Origin: a virus
Lineage: Duplodnaviria > Caudoviricetes
Reading direction: 5' to 3' (one strand)
Length of the DNA: 64,000 nt
Virus record (IMG/VR): IMGVR_UViG_3300034073_003276
The notes under the pieces were generated by a model, which was given only the letters and a program-made list of their open reading frames with translations, did not search any database and had not been told where the DNA came from. Within the stretch, counting starts at the first letter, position 1. Every line of letters starts with the position of its first letter. This document shows positions 26,900-36,466 of this stretch, one piece after another. Both the position numbers and the translations under genes were made by a program.

Positions 26900-27152
26900 T
26901 TTTAGGAGGAATTACAATATCGTCAGGAGTGATCACAGCATACTTGTAATTATAGAGCTTACAAGTCTTTATGGCAAGGTCGTCGTCAACTTCAACAACA
27001 TCCATTTCTTGGTCTTCTTGGTCTTCAAGCATCAAAGCATATCGAGTAGCATCATCTTCTTCTTCAAAGAGAAATAAAACTTTATGTCCGTATTGGTCTT
27101 GGACGGCATAAGCACCATCGTCTTTTCTATCTTTGAGAGTGAGAAGAAACAT
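26877..27152 (-). CDS. Conserved hypothetical protein between gp47 and gp46
   Basis: Coupled ORF in the usual cyanophage position. Confidence 0.75.
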   Translation of the reverse strand: MFLLTLKDRKDDGAYAVQDQYGHKVLFLFEEEDDATRYALMLEDQEDQEMDVVEVDDDLAIKTCKLYNYKYAVITPDDIVIPPKNASISQD

Positions 27153-28193
27153 TTACTCTACCTCGCAAGCTTGTCGATAAAGATCTTGAAAAATACCTTT
27201 GATAATGTTTTTATCAAATTCAAACTCTGCTTCGTCAATATAACGATTTAGAATTGACATTGTATTTTCTTCTTCATCAATCTCAAAATCTTCGTTTTCC
27301 TGAATATCAAAGTTTTCTACAATCTTGAGATCTTGGATTCCTGCCGTGTAAAGTTTGTCGATAAACTTCTCAAAATCTTTTTGTTTAGATTTTTTACGAA
27401 CAATTACTTTGACAATCTTGTTTTCATATTCGGTAGTGTCGAATAGTTGGTAAGGAGTATCCTCATAATAAATGTTATAGAATAATTTATAAGGATTGTT
27501 GATTGGAGTGTGCTCTAATGTTTCCGTATCAAAAATATGGAAACCACGAGTATCATTCACATCAGTCCAATACATCTCATAAGGATTGCCTAGGTAGAAG
27601 ACTTTTCCGTTATTCGATCGAGTGTGATAGTGTCCCGAGTAGACCCTATCGAACTTCTCAAATAGTTTGCTCTCCAAACCGTGCTCCATGATGAGTTGTC
27701 GATTAACTCTAAATCCTTGGAGCTCAAGATGCCCCATCGCACATTTGCTAGTCGTCTTTTCAATAATTTTAAGAGTTTTTGCTTCATTTTCTTGATTAAT
27801 CCACGGTAAAAATAAAATCTTCAATCCACCAATATTAACTTCAGTCGGGTCACTATAAGTCTTTATATTAGAATACGTCTGAAGGAGAAGTCCTGGAGAA
27901 TTTACACTATTGGTATTCTTAAAATATACATCATGGTTTCCTGTCACCAAATGTATAGTTATTCCCATCTCAGCAGCAGGGTCAAACACAACCCTTTTAG
28001 ACCACTCTAATGCTTTAAAATCTATAGATTTTCTATTATCAAAACAATCTCCCATATGAATAATTGTTTTGATATTCTTTTCCTTTAAAGTTGGAAAGAA
28101 TACATTTTTATAAAATAATTCAAAATAATCGTGAAGATGTTGAGAAGTCTTTTTTGCACCGTAATGTGTATCACAAATTAAACCCACCTTCAC
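27153..28193 (-). CDS. gp47: Recombination endonuclease, Mre11/SbcD-like subunit
   Basis: DTH, GD, GNHD, GHYH phosphoesterase motifs. Confidence 0.95.
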   Translation of the reverse strand: MKVGLICDTHYGAKKTSQHLHDYFELFYKNVFFPTLKEKNIKTIIHMGDCFDNRKSIDFKALEWSKRVVFDPAAEMGITIHLVTGNHDVYFKNTNSVNSPGLLLQTYSNIKTYSDPTEVNIGGLKILFLPWINQENEAKTLKIIEKTTSKCAMGHLELQGFRVNRQLIMEHGLESKLFEKFDRVYSGHYHTRSNNGKVFYLGNPYEMYWTDVNDTRGFHIFDTETLEHTPINNPYKLFYNIYYEDTPYQLFDTTEYENKIVKVIVRKKSKQKDFEKFIDKLYTAGIQDLKIVENFDIQENEDFEIDEEENTMSILNRYIDEAEFEFDKNIIKGIFQDLYRQACEVE

Positions 28194-28825
28194 TTTTGTT
28201 GTCTCCTACTATTTTCTTTTGCGGTTTTCATAAGATGCTCTTCGCGTGTAATAATTTGAAGATTGTTGGGATGATGCAACCCACCCTCAAATAAGGGAAT
28301 AATGTGATCTACATCATACTGCATACCAGTAGTAAAAGTCAAGTGTTGTGCTTGCTGATATATGTCCTGAATTTGACGAAGTTCTTCTTCAGTAATTTCT
28401 ATCGGTATTCCTTGTTTTAATCTAGCAAATCTTCTTCTTTGTTTTTCATAATTTACTGCTTTTCCTCTTTCACTTTTAGAATATTTTCTTTTAATTGAAT
28501 TTACTAACTCTCTATTATCCTCATAATATTTTTGTTTCTTTTCTTTTGTTCTATAAGAAGACATCAACTCTTTATTGTTAAGTTTTTCCAATCCCTTTGA
28601 TATAGCACAAGGGACACAGTTATAACTACTCACATATTTTTCATAACTACCACAATGTTTACAAGCAGTAGAACCGATATAAGTTTTTTTACCTTCCTCA
28701 ATTGCTTTCTCCCGAGCAGCACTTTTTTGAGTATACCCTTTTAATTTTGCCCTTTCTTTATTTTTCAATAGATTTTCCGCCATTATTTTTTTTCGTTCTT
28801 CTGGCGTGTATTTTGGTTTAGTCAT
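28190..28825 (-). mobile_element. Free-standing HNH homing endonuclease
   Basis: CKHC/CVPC zinc motif; C-terminal VDHIIPL...GGLHHPNNLQII...H; AT-rich; between gp55 and gp47. Confidence 0.88.
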
Positions 28826-28830
28826 ATCTA

Positions 28831-28879
28831 TTTCTAACTCCAAAGTATAAAATTATTTATAACATTTAGGAGTTAGAAA
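28831..28879 (-). promoter_or_regulatory. RBS-sequestering hairpin with late promoter in its loop
   Basis: 11-bp perfect IR TTTCTAACTCC/GGAGTTAGAAA with TATAAATA (28854-28861) in the loop. Confidence 0.8.
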
Positions 28880-28882
28880 AGG

Positions 28883-29398
28883 TCACTTATTTCTATATTG
28901 AATAGCATCTTTAATACTGTTGTATTCACTACTATGCCCAGAAAGCAAGCTGTCGTCAACCATCATAACCTCATCAAACCCTGTGCGTTCGATAATCTTG
29001 GTCTTGATATCGAGTTGCTTCTTTTCCTTTTGAATTCTTCTCAAGAATGCGTAGTGAATAATTTGAGTAAAATATGCGAAAGGATTCTTTGACTTTTCAG
29101 GGTCAAAGTTATGAATATATTGAACGCAGTTTTCAATGCCATCAGAAATCATATCCTCACGAAACATATAATTCACAAAGTTTGGTTTATATGAAAGGTG
29201 AGTAGCAATCTTCAGAAAACATTCTCCAAGATAATTCGGAATGGGTGGTTTACCTTCCCAATGCTTGCCTCTATCTTCTTTAGTGGGGTTTCTATCGAAC
29301 TTCTCATTGAATGACTTTTCGACCTTGGATCGATACACAATCATTGCTTCTAGAAGTTCTTTGTTGTTTACATAGTGTTCTGTCTTTTTCTTAGGCAT
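28883..29398 (-). CDS. gp55: Late-transcription sigma factor
   Basis: HYVNNKEL...YLGECFLKIA...NPFAYFTQI. Confidence 0.95.
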   Translation of the reverse strand: MPKKKTEHYVNNKELLEAMIVYRSKVEKSFNEKFDRNPTKEDRGKHWEGKPPIPNYLGECFLKIATHLSYKPNFVNYMFREDMISDGIENCVQYIHNFDPEKSKNPFAYFTQIIHYAFLRRIQKEKKQLDIKTKIIERTGFDEVMMVDDSLLSGHSSEYNSIKDAIQYRNK

Positions 29399-29430
29399 AG
29401 CATTGGACTTATATAATATAGGTTATGCTT

Positions 29431-29481
29431 ATTATACCATAACCTATGGGGCTTGACAAGTTATAATATTGTGTGTAGACT
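29431..29481. promoter_or_regulatory. Overlapping divergent sigma70-type promoters
   Basis: Minus: TTGTCA-17-TATAAT toward gp55; plus: TTGACA-17-TAGACT. Confidence 0.6.
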
Positions 29482-29508
29482 ACCTTTGTCCCGGTTGAAG
29501 ATAAGGAT

Positions 29509-29916
29509 CTAGACTTCTTTAATACCTTTAAAGATTCTTTCAAGGCTCTTGCGAGCATCTTCAACTGAGGATAGATATCCCATCTTAGGAGAGGGTTTTA
29601 CTTGACCTGAAGGACTATAAACATCAATAGTATCATCATCTTGAATATAGTTGTTGTAAATATCAATTATTTTATTATCTTTAGTCTCAGTCATTGTAAT
29701 AATCTTATCAAGTTTTACAATAAAGAAATCATCATCAGACAATTCCATCCAAGGTTTAACTTTTAAATATGTTCCTTGTTGATTATTAAAAGACTTCATT
29801 GTCACTGGATTTTGAAGCACTAAGACAGGATCTCCATCATTATCATCAATTAAGACTAACGATAGAATCTCTTCACCTGATACTAATTTTATAATTGCGT
29901 AAAACTCTTCTCCCAT
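29509..29916 (-). CDS. Hypothetical Sm-like-fold protein
   Basis: IIKLVSGEEILS...LQNPV...KPWM. Confidence 0.55.
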   Translation of the reverse strand: MGEEFYAIIKLVSGEEILSLVLIDDNDGDPVLVLQNPVTMKSFNNQQGTYLKVKPWMELSDDDFFIVKLDKIITMTETKDNKIIDIYNNYIQDDDTIDVYSPSGQVKPSPKMGYLSSVEDARKSLERIFKGIKEV

Positions 29917-31379
29917 TAGTTTTTAAAAGGTATGTTTACAATATCATAATTGAAGTTTTCTTCATTGTAGACTTTGATTCTTTCGATTAAGTGATTGAGT
30001 GTATAATTCTTTCTTGACTTATAACTGATATCATCGGCAATGTCATATAGAGTTGCCTTTGTCTTATTATTTCCTTTTCTTAAGACTCGTCCGATTGATT
30101 GGAGGTTTCTGATTCTTGATTTACTAGGGGAAGCAAAGATAACATTATGTAAATTTCTGATGTTAACACCAGTAGAAAAAGTACCGTAAGAAGCAACGAT
30201 GATTGCATTATTTTCTTTTTCAGTGATTTCTCTTACTTTTTCACGATTTTCGGTATCAACACCACCATGGACAAAGAAGACATGACGATCTTCATTGATA
30301 CTCTTATTTATTAAATCATATAAGGGTTGACCGTGACCTTCAACACGGGCAAAGAGAATCAAAGTGTTTCCTTTCAAATCAAGAGCAAGATTCTTAATAA
30401 ACTTATTTCTTTTCTCATGATTGATAATATACTGAACTTCATCTTCAAAAGTCTCAAAACGATTCGGTGGGTGTTTCAATAGAAGAATGTTGATGTCTAA
30501 TGTAGCAACATGACCTTTCTTCATTAACTCATCAGTTTTAATAATCTTATAAGAAGGACCGAATAATCCTTCTAAAACCCACTTATGAGTCTGACTTCCA
30601 TCCAGTGTTCCTGTAAATCCGAAACGATATTTACAATCAGAAAGTTTTGTCATTATAGATACTAATGACTTTGATTTAAACTGGTGTGCTTCATCTCCTA
30701 CGACCACATTAAATCTTGAAAAATATTGACGGGGGAGTTTGTAGATGGACTGCCAGGTAGTGATAATCACCTGAGAATCCGTTTCTCTTTCTTTCCCAGC
30801 GTAAATTTTGTGGCAGTATGAACCCACATCAAACCCATAATCTTCAAAATCTTTATACATCTGCTCTACAAGGGATGTCGTTGGGACAACTACGAGAATA
30901 TTTTGTCCTTTCTCAACGTAATATCTCACAATTGAGTATATCATCAATGACTTTCCAGAAGCAGTTGGAGATATCAACAACTTTCTATTATGTCTTAATG
31001 CGTCGTATACTCCCTCAACTTGGTAGTCGCGGGGAGCGTACTTGCAGATAGAATTCATATAATCTTTTACACCTTCCTTTGAGATGTGCTCATTTACCTC
31101 AAAAGGAAGACCATAATACTTATTGTTTCGAAACTCATAAGTGTATTCATGTTGCTCACAGAATCTTATGAGTTTATCTAATAGACCGACGTATATTTCT
31201 CTTGTATTAACGTTAAACAAATAAATGTAACCATCCCACCACTTATTCTTGTAGGCAGGTGCGAATTTAGCATTTGGAACTTCAAATTGAAATGCGTCTC
31301 TTAATTCATAATAGACGTGTGGTTCTGCCTCAACTTGAAGAAATACCTCATTCTTTTTTGAAATAATCAAATGTGACAT
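29916..31379 (-). CDS. uvsW: RNA-DNA/DNA helicase
   Basis: PTASGKS, DEAH, QSIGRVLR. Confidence 0.95.
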   Translation of the reverse strand: MSHLIISKKNEVFLQVEAEPHVYYELRDAFQFEVPNAKFAPAYKNKWWDGYIYLFNVNTREIYVGLLDKLIRFCEQHEYTYEFRNNKYYGLPFEVNEHISKEGVKDYMNSICKYAPRDYQVEGVYDALRHNRKLLISPTASGKSLMIYSIVRYYVEKGQNILVVVPTTSLVEQMYKDFEDYGFDVGSYCHKIYAGKERETDSQVIITTWQSIYKLPRQYFSRFNVVVGDEAHQFKSKSLVSIMTKLSDCKYRFGFTGTLDGSQTHKWVLEGLFGPSYKIIKTDELMKKGHVATLDINILLLKHPPNRFETFEDEVQYIINHEKRNKFIKNLALDLKGNTLILFARVEGHGQPLYDLINKSINEDRHVFFVHGGVDTENREKVREITEKENNAIIVASYGTFSTGVNIRNLHNVIFASPSKSRIRNLQSIGRVLRKGNNKTKATLYDIADDISYKSRKNYTLNHLIERIKVYNEENFNYDIVNIPFKN

Positions 31380-31412
31380 TCATAACGTATCAGTTATGAT
31401 TATTTATTTCTG

Positions 31413-31844
31413 TTAGTTAAACCCTGCTTGGAAACGGTTCCATTCAATTGCGTTCTTGATTTGGAATGTTCTATTGGAGACTGTTTTAATAATCTCCTCA
31501 AGAAACTTCAGCATGATATCATAGTATCTGATTTTGAGATCTATTTTATTCAGTCTCTCATCGGCGTCCATATGCCTCTGTAACGCCTCTTTGTCTCTAA
31601 CTTTATAAGGAAATGGTTCTTCAACATAAACCTCTGCTGGCGCCTTTCCTGTGTAGTAGTTGTATCTTTCTAATTTGACCCTACTATAAGTTTCTCTCGC
31701 CTTCTCTCTCAGAAGAGTGATTGTATTGTATATGGTATAATATTTGGAATGAAGTTGTGGAATTTTTAAAGATTCATCGTGTAAATTATCAGGGTCTATG
31801 ACAGAATCTCTCTGCCACATCTCCTGGATTTCATCAAGATTCAT
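31413..31844 (-). CDS. uvsY: Recombination mediator
   Basis: IPQLHSKYY...RTFQIKNAIEW; synteny. Confidence 0.9.
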   Translation of the reverse strand: MNLDEIQEMWQRDSVIDPDNLHDESLKIPQLHSKYYTIYNTITLLREKARETYSRVKLERYNYYTGKAPAEVYVEEPFPYKVRDKEALQRHMDADERLNKIDLKIRYYDIMLKFLEEIIKTVSNRTFQIKNAIEWNRFQAGFN

Positions 31845-32383
31845 AGACCTGTGGTAATGTTATAAACAGTATACTTGAAAGATACCTCTGCTGTAAAGTA
31901 TTGGATATCAGTTTGCGTCGAATCAAATTCAAGAGAACTTAATGAAATAGGAAATAAGTCTTTGAATTTAACAATAGCATTTGTATTATAGTTACTATCT
32001 AAAATATAAAGACTACCATCACTAAATGCTCTTTTTGGATCCAATGGTTGAGTTAAATCATCATCATTAGTCAATAAATCTCTATAGTCTTGAGTGGTTT
32101 CTGGAAATCCCAATCCAGTTAACCAGTTATGAATTGCCATATAATTGACAATATCTTCATCAACTAAAAATCTTAAGTTTAAATCACCATACTGAAGTTT
32201 TCCTCCGGGAATATCAAGGTCCTTGAGATATGTTGGTTGTTGCAATACTGATAGTGTAATCTCAGGAATTCTTGCAGAATTGCAGAAAAAGTTTACCTTT
32301 GGTTCTTTTGCTAAGGTAAACTTAAAACCAACTGGTGAAAGAAAATTTCTATTTTGTATCTGATTTGCAAAAGCAGATGCCAT
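31841..32383 (-). CDS. gp3: Tail completion / sheath stabiliser
   Basis: NFLSPVGFKF...LRFLVDED...FPISL; follows gp23. Confidence 0.85.
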   Translation of the reverse strand: MASAFANQIQNRNFLSPVGFKFTLAKEPKVNFFCNSARIPEITLSVLQQPTYLKDLDIPGGKLQYGDLNLRFLVDEDIVNYMAIHNWLTGLGFPETTQDYRDLLTNDDDLTQPLDPKRAFSDGSLYILDSNYNTNAIVKFKDLFPISLSSLEFDSTQTDIQYFTAEVSFKYTVYNITTGL

Positions 32384-32405
32384 AATGTTTTATTTGTATT
32401 TAGAT

Positions 32406-32432
32406 AAAAAAAGAGGGTCCCGAAGGACCCTC
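32406..32432 (-). terminator. Terminator after major capsid gene
   Basis: GAGGGTCC-TTCG-GGACCCTC-T7. Confidence 0.92.
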
Positions 32433-32453
32433 CCGAAAGAGTTGTGAATTAAA

Positions 32454-33845
32454 TCACATGAGGTTAGCAACCTTAACTCTTCTGTAGTAGTTGTTTGCGT
32501 TGGTGGTCAGAGCACCTGCGCCTGCGTCGATACCCTGTGCGAATGGGTTTGCAACCATTCCGTAACGGGTCTTAAAGCCGATCTTAGGCTGGAAGGTGTT
32601 CTCTCCAACTGCACGAACCATCTGCAGAGGAACGTATGGGCAGTAGAAGATACCTGCGTCATAAGGTGAAGAACCCTTATAACCAACAACGTAAAACTGG
32701 TTAGCAGATACGTTTGCTGAATATGGGTCGATATAGACGCGATACTTGCCTTGAAGGACTCCAGCAAAGGTGTTGCCAGTGTCATCGACATTCAGGTTAG
32801 CGTTAAGTGCAGGGGTGTAATCAAGGACACCAGCCATTGCAAGTGCTGAAGCAACGTCAGCAGAGCAAAGGATAGTGTTACCCTTTCCTCTACGAGTTTG
32901 CTGAGCAATCGCGTTAGCGTCGCGCTCGATTTGGAAAATAAGACCCTTGAACTTCTCAACCGACCAACGACCGTTGGAGTCAACGTCGAGGTCAAAAGTA
33001 CCAGCAGAAGCGGTGTTGACTTGAGCACCAGGCTTAGCAACCTTATAGATTGTTCTGATGACTTCGCGGTTGATTTCAGCAAGAATTTCGCTAGACAGAA
33101 TATTAGCGAGTTCTGCTTCTGCATTCAGACCGTGAATTGCCTTCAGGTCCTGAGCAAGCTCAAGGCTGTATTCTGCTTTCAGAGCGCGGCTCTTAGCAGT
33201 AACGGTGACCTTCTCGATTGAGAATGCCATCTCGTTGAATTGTGCTCCACCAGACTCGCCAAGTGACTCAGCGTTGTCGGTTCTCATGCCCTGACCAACG
33301 TTATATGCTTGCTGGTTGGCGTTGGTAGCATCGAGGATTGAGGGGTTGCTTCCTGCCTGAGCAGTAGTACCCATACCAACGGTGCCGTTAGTCCAACCTT
33401 CGGTCTGAGTAAAGGTTGATCCCTGACCAGAGTATGCAGAATCTACTTCATTGTAGAATGTCTCGTCTCCAGCCTGGTTGGTGTAACGAGAGCGCATTGC
33501 GAAGATAAGTCCAGTAGGACCATTCATTGGTTGAACGCCACAAAGATCGTAAGCGATCAGGTTAGGCATCGAGCGTCTGATTAATGAAATCAGTACTGGG
33601 TCGAAACCTTGAAGTGCTCCAGTGCTGCTACCACTGAGACCTGTGCCGGTACCAGTTGAAGTGCTAGTGAAGTTGGTTGGTGCTTCGGATAGAAAATCAC
33701 GCTCTTCGCGGATTTCTCTTTCTTGGTTTTCTAGCAGGATTGCAGTTACCGCTCTACGATGTGAATCTTTGATTCCATCCATTCCTTGATAGTCAAGGAT
33801 AGGAGCCCACTTCTCCTGCAGATACTCGGTGTTGTACATCTGCAT
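32454..33845 (-). CDS. gp23: Major capsid protein
   Basis: EKWAPIL, GVQPMNGPTGLIFAMR, KSRALKAEY, FQPKIGFKTRYG. Confidence 0.98.
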   Translation of the reverse strand: MQMYNTEYLQEKWAPILDYQGMDGIKDSHRRAVTAILLENQEREIREERDFLSEAPTNFTSTSTGTGTGLSGSSTGALQGFDPVLISLIRRSMPNLIAYDLCGVQPMNGPTGLIFAMRSRYTNQAGDETFYNEVDSAYSGQGSTFTQTEGWTNGTVGMGTTAQAGSNPSILDATNANQQAYNVGQGMRTDNAESLGESGGAQFNEMAFSIEKVTVTAKSRALKAEYSLELAQDLKAIHGLNAEAELANILSSEILAEINREVIRTIYKVAKPGAQVNTASAGTFDLDVDSNGRWSVEKFKGLIFQIERDANAIAQQTRRGKGNTILCSADVASALAMAGVLDYTPALNANLNVDDTGNTFAGVLQGKYRVYIDPYSANVSANQFYVVGYKGSSPYDAGIFYCPYVPLQMVRAVGENTFQPKIGFKTRYGMVANPFAQGIDAGAGALTTNANNYYRRVKVANLM

Positions 33846-33894
33846 TTGATTTTTTACCTCTTTAAAAAGTTTTGTTTGATTTATTATTTAAAAA

Positions 33895-35049
33895 TCACTT
33901 TTTAGCGACTCTACTGAGAGTTTGAAGATATGCTTCCATAATTGGTGAAACTGAAGTATTTGCAGTTTCAATAGAAGTTTCTTCTGATAAATTCTCAGTT
34001 ACATCTCTCTGAGTACCAGCATTAGATGGGAAATATGATTCCCTCAGAGTTACTAGTTTCTCACGATAGCTCTCTTCACTATCAAACCCAACATTTTCGG
34101 CAAGAGAAGCGAGTTTGTCCTTCTGAGAAAGTGCAAGACCCTCAGCGACATCTGCAAAAATTACATCAGCAACTGACTCTGCTAATCTTCTATTCAGAGC
34201 AACATTTCTTTCGATTTGCTCGTTGAGTTTTTCTTCCATTTCATCAAGTTTATCTACCATGCTCTCGATGACATCATATCTATCTTCAGGGATTGTTACA
34301 TAATGATCTTCAAAAAGACTCTTCATTCCTTGTAGGAATGATTCGGTCATTTCAGTCTTAAGACCGTGCTCAACTGCGAGTGCATTCTCTTGAATCCACT
34401 CATCAGCAACATACTCAAGGTATGCATCGACTCTATCAGAAAGGCTCTCTTTGATAGCCTCAATTTCTTCTACGAGTGTCTGCTCATATGCCTCTTGAAG
34501 TTGCTCTTTGATTTCAGCAACTTTAGTCTTGATAGCAGCTTCGAAAATGGTGCGTGCCTTCTCTTGGAATTCTTCGGAGAGTTCTTCGCCTTCGAGAAGA
34601 GCATTGACATCTTCTTCGATGTTAAACTCTTCTTCGACTTCCTCTTCCTCGTCTTCCTCTTCACCATGCTTCTTCATTTTGGACTTAGACTTAGGAGTCT
34701 CCTCCTCGCCTTCCTCCTCTTCTTCAGCAGCTTCAGAAACTACTTCATCATCAATTTCTTCGAGGATTTCTTCCTCTTCATCAGTTTCTTCCTTAACACC
34801 TTGCATAGGCATAGCAGCTGCAGCTTTCGCATTCACTACATCTTTAACCTGAGCAAGAGTTGCTCCTGGAGTTTTTAGAGTTGCCGAATCATCATCGGTC
34901 TTGTAATTTTCTGGAGTAGGACCTCCGAGATCTTCCCAACCACCAGTTTGACCAGGAGTTTCCCCAGTCAGTTTGTGCATTGGTTCGGCAGGTGCAGCCC
35001 CTTTGGTTACTACGTTTTCCATTTCTTGTAAATTGCTACCAACGGACAT
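33895..35049 (-). CDS. gp22: Prohead core scaffolding protein
   Basis: Acidic; LSEEFQEKARTIFEAA; position before gp23; TATAAATA at 35081-35088. Confidence 0.93.
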   Translation of the reverse strand: MSVGSNLQEMENVVTKGAAPAEPMHKLTGETPGQTGGWEDLGGPTPENYKTDDDSATLKTPGATLAQVKDVVNAKAAAAMPMQGVKEETDEEEEILEEIDDEVVSEAAEEEEEGEEETPKSKSKMKKHGEEEDEEEEVEEEFNIEEDVNALLEGEELSEEFQEKARTIFEAAIKTKVAEIKEQLQEAYEQTLVEEIEAIKESLSDRVDAYLEYVADEWIQENALAVEHGLKTEMTESFLQGMKSLFEDHYVTIPEDRYDVIESMVDKLDEMEEKLNEQIERNVALNRRLAESVADVIFADVAEGLALSQKDKLASLAENVGFDSEESYREKLVTLRESYFPSNAGTQRDVTENLSEETSIETANTSVSPIMEAYLQTLSRVAKK

Positions 35050-35090
35050 TTGATTAGATATTTGTGTATTAATCTATATTTATTTATAAT

Positions 35091-35741
35091 TTATAGATTT
35101 GAGAGAAATTCTTGGAAAAGACCAAGTTTATGCTCTTCAAGTCTTTTTTGGTCTACTAAGGTATTAATTCTTCTCTGTGTTTGCTCTGCAAACTTTTCAC
35201 GAAGAATTCCACCTTCCCAAACCCACTCCTTACCTTCCATAATTCCTTGCACAAAAGCATCAGGAGCAGAAGGGTCGGCAACGATATCGGCTGCAGTTGC
35301 GAGCATGAAATCTTCACCAACAATCTTATGACCCTCATTGGTCATCTTAAGTGAACCTACACCACGAGAAGAAACACCAAGACAAACTCCTTCACCAATG
35401 AGTGATTTTGCAATCTTACCCATTGGAGTTTCAAGAAGTTGTGCTTTTCCTCTAAAATTGTTTCCTTCTTTAGTGAGAGAAACAATTTTGTGAGAAACGC
35501 GGTCAAGATTTACAGTTGGACCATCTGGATGACCAAGTTCTCCAAGAGCACGACCCTTATCAATAAAAGATTCGGTGTATCTTTGAACTTCACGAGAAAG
35601 AGTATCCATAGGATACATTCTACCATTGCGGTTGCAAATGTTTCCTTGAAGGAAAACTCCTTCAATATACATTTTTTTATTTGCACCCTTTCCTTCAGTA
35701 ATAAATTCTACTTTTTGGATTTCTTCTGTGATGAGTTTCAT
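35091..35741 (-). CDS. gp21: Prohead protease
   Basis: NRNGRMYP, GELGHP, GVSSRG, DPSAPDA. Confidence 0.96.
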   Translation of the reverse strand: MKLITEEIQKVEFITEGKGANKKMYIEGVFLQGNICNRNGRMYPMDTLSREVQRYTESFIDKGRALGELGHPDGPTVNLDRVSHKIVSLTKEGNNFRGKAQLLETPMGKIAKSLIGEGVCLGVSSRGVGSLKMTNEGHKIVGEDFMLATAADIVADPSAPDAFVQGIMEGKEWVWEGGILREKFAEQTQRRINTLVDQKRLEEHKLGLFQEFLSNL

Positions 35742-35743
35742 TT

Positions 35744-36271
35744 TTATTCGGAAACTAATTGTACTATTTCTGTGATACTAATGTTTGTAGATCCCCCATC
35801 AGCAAGGGCAGATACCTTTACACTTCTAGATAAAGTTGCTCCTGTAGCAGTGATTACACCAACAATTGCTGAAGTGTTTGCTGCAATTGTTACTGAAGAA
35901 TCACTAGTTGCGGTTACTAATTGATGTACTGTATTGATTCCTGCTGGTTGAGCATTTTCAATAGATACATAATCGCCAACTAAGAAAGGATTCCCAGCAT
36001 TGACATCAAAGGTAATAACAGTTGAAGTGCCAGTAGTAATTCCGACAATTTGTTGCTTGGCAAGTCTTTCTTTCAAAACCTCATTTTGATATGGGGGAAT
36101 ATAAAATGAATTAGTTGTTGCAACAGGATCTCCACCAGTTTCAACAAAAGCTGCTGTTAATCCCACAGCTACTCTAATATATCCACTCTTCAGTGCGATT
36201 GGATTACTAGTAGCTGCTACAGAGACAGTTGGTGAAATTCTGTCTACATTTTGTACTATTTTTACTGCCAT
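35744..36271 (-). CDS. Conserved cyanophage hypothetical (structural) protein
   Basis: Beta-rich ORF in the head cluster. Confidence 0.7.
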   Translation of the reverse strand: MAVKIVQNVDRISPTVSVAATSNPIALKSGYIRVAVGLTAAFVETGGDPVATTNSFYIPPYQNEVLKERLAKQQIVGITTGTSTVITFDVNAGNPFLVGDYVSIENAQPAGINTVHQLVTATSDSSVTIAANTSAIVGVITATGATLSRSVKVSALADGGSTNISITEIVQLVSE

Positions 36272-36438
36272 TATTCGTTGTCTCCAGTAGAATCATTATC
36301 ACCAAACATAGTTGCAGCAACTACTGGTCGAGCTAAATCTACTCTATCAGCGGCTTTTGTATATAGTAATTCTTTAATTTTGTCGGAGATATCCGAAGGA
36401 GCTCCGTCAGTTGCAATCAAATCGATAAGTTCTTCCAT
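36271..36438 (-). CDS. Small prohead core-like protein (55 aa, MEELIDLIATDGAPS...), not in ORF track
   Basis: Hand-translated; gp67-like position after the portal; TATAAATA at 36464-36471. Confidence 0.7.
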   Translation of the reverse strand: MEELIDLIATDGAPSDISDKIKELLYTKAADRVDLARPVVAATMFGDNDSTGDNE

Positions 36439-36466
36439 AAAAATTGATTTATTATTATAAGACTAT

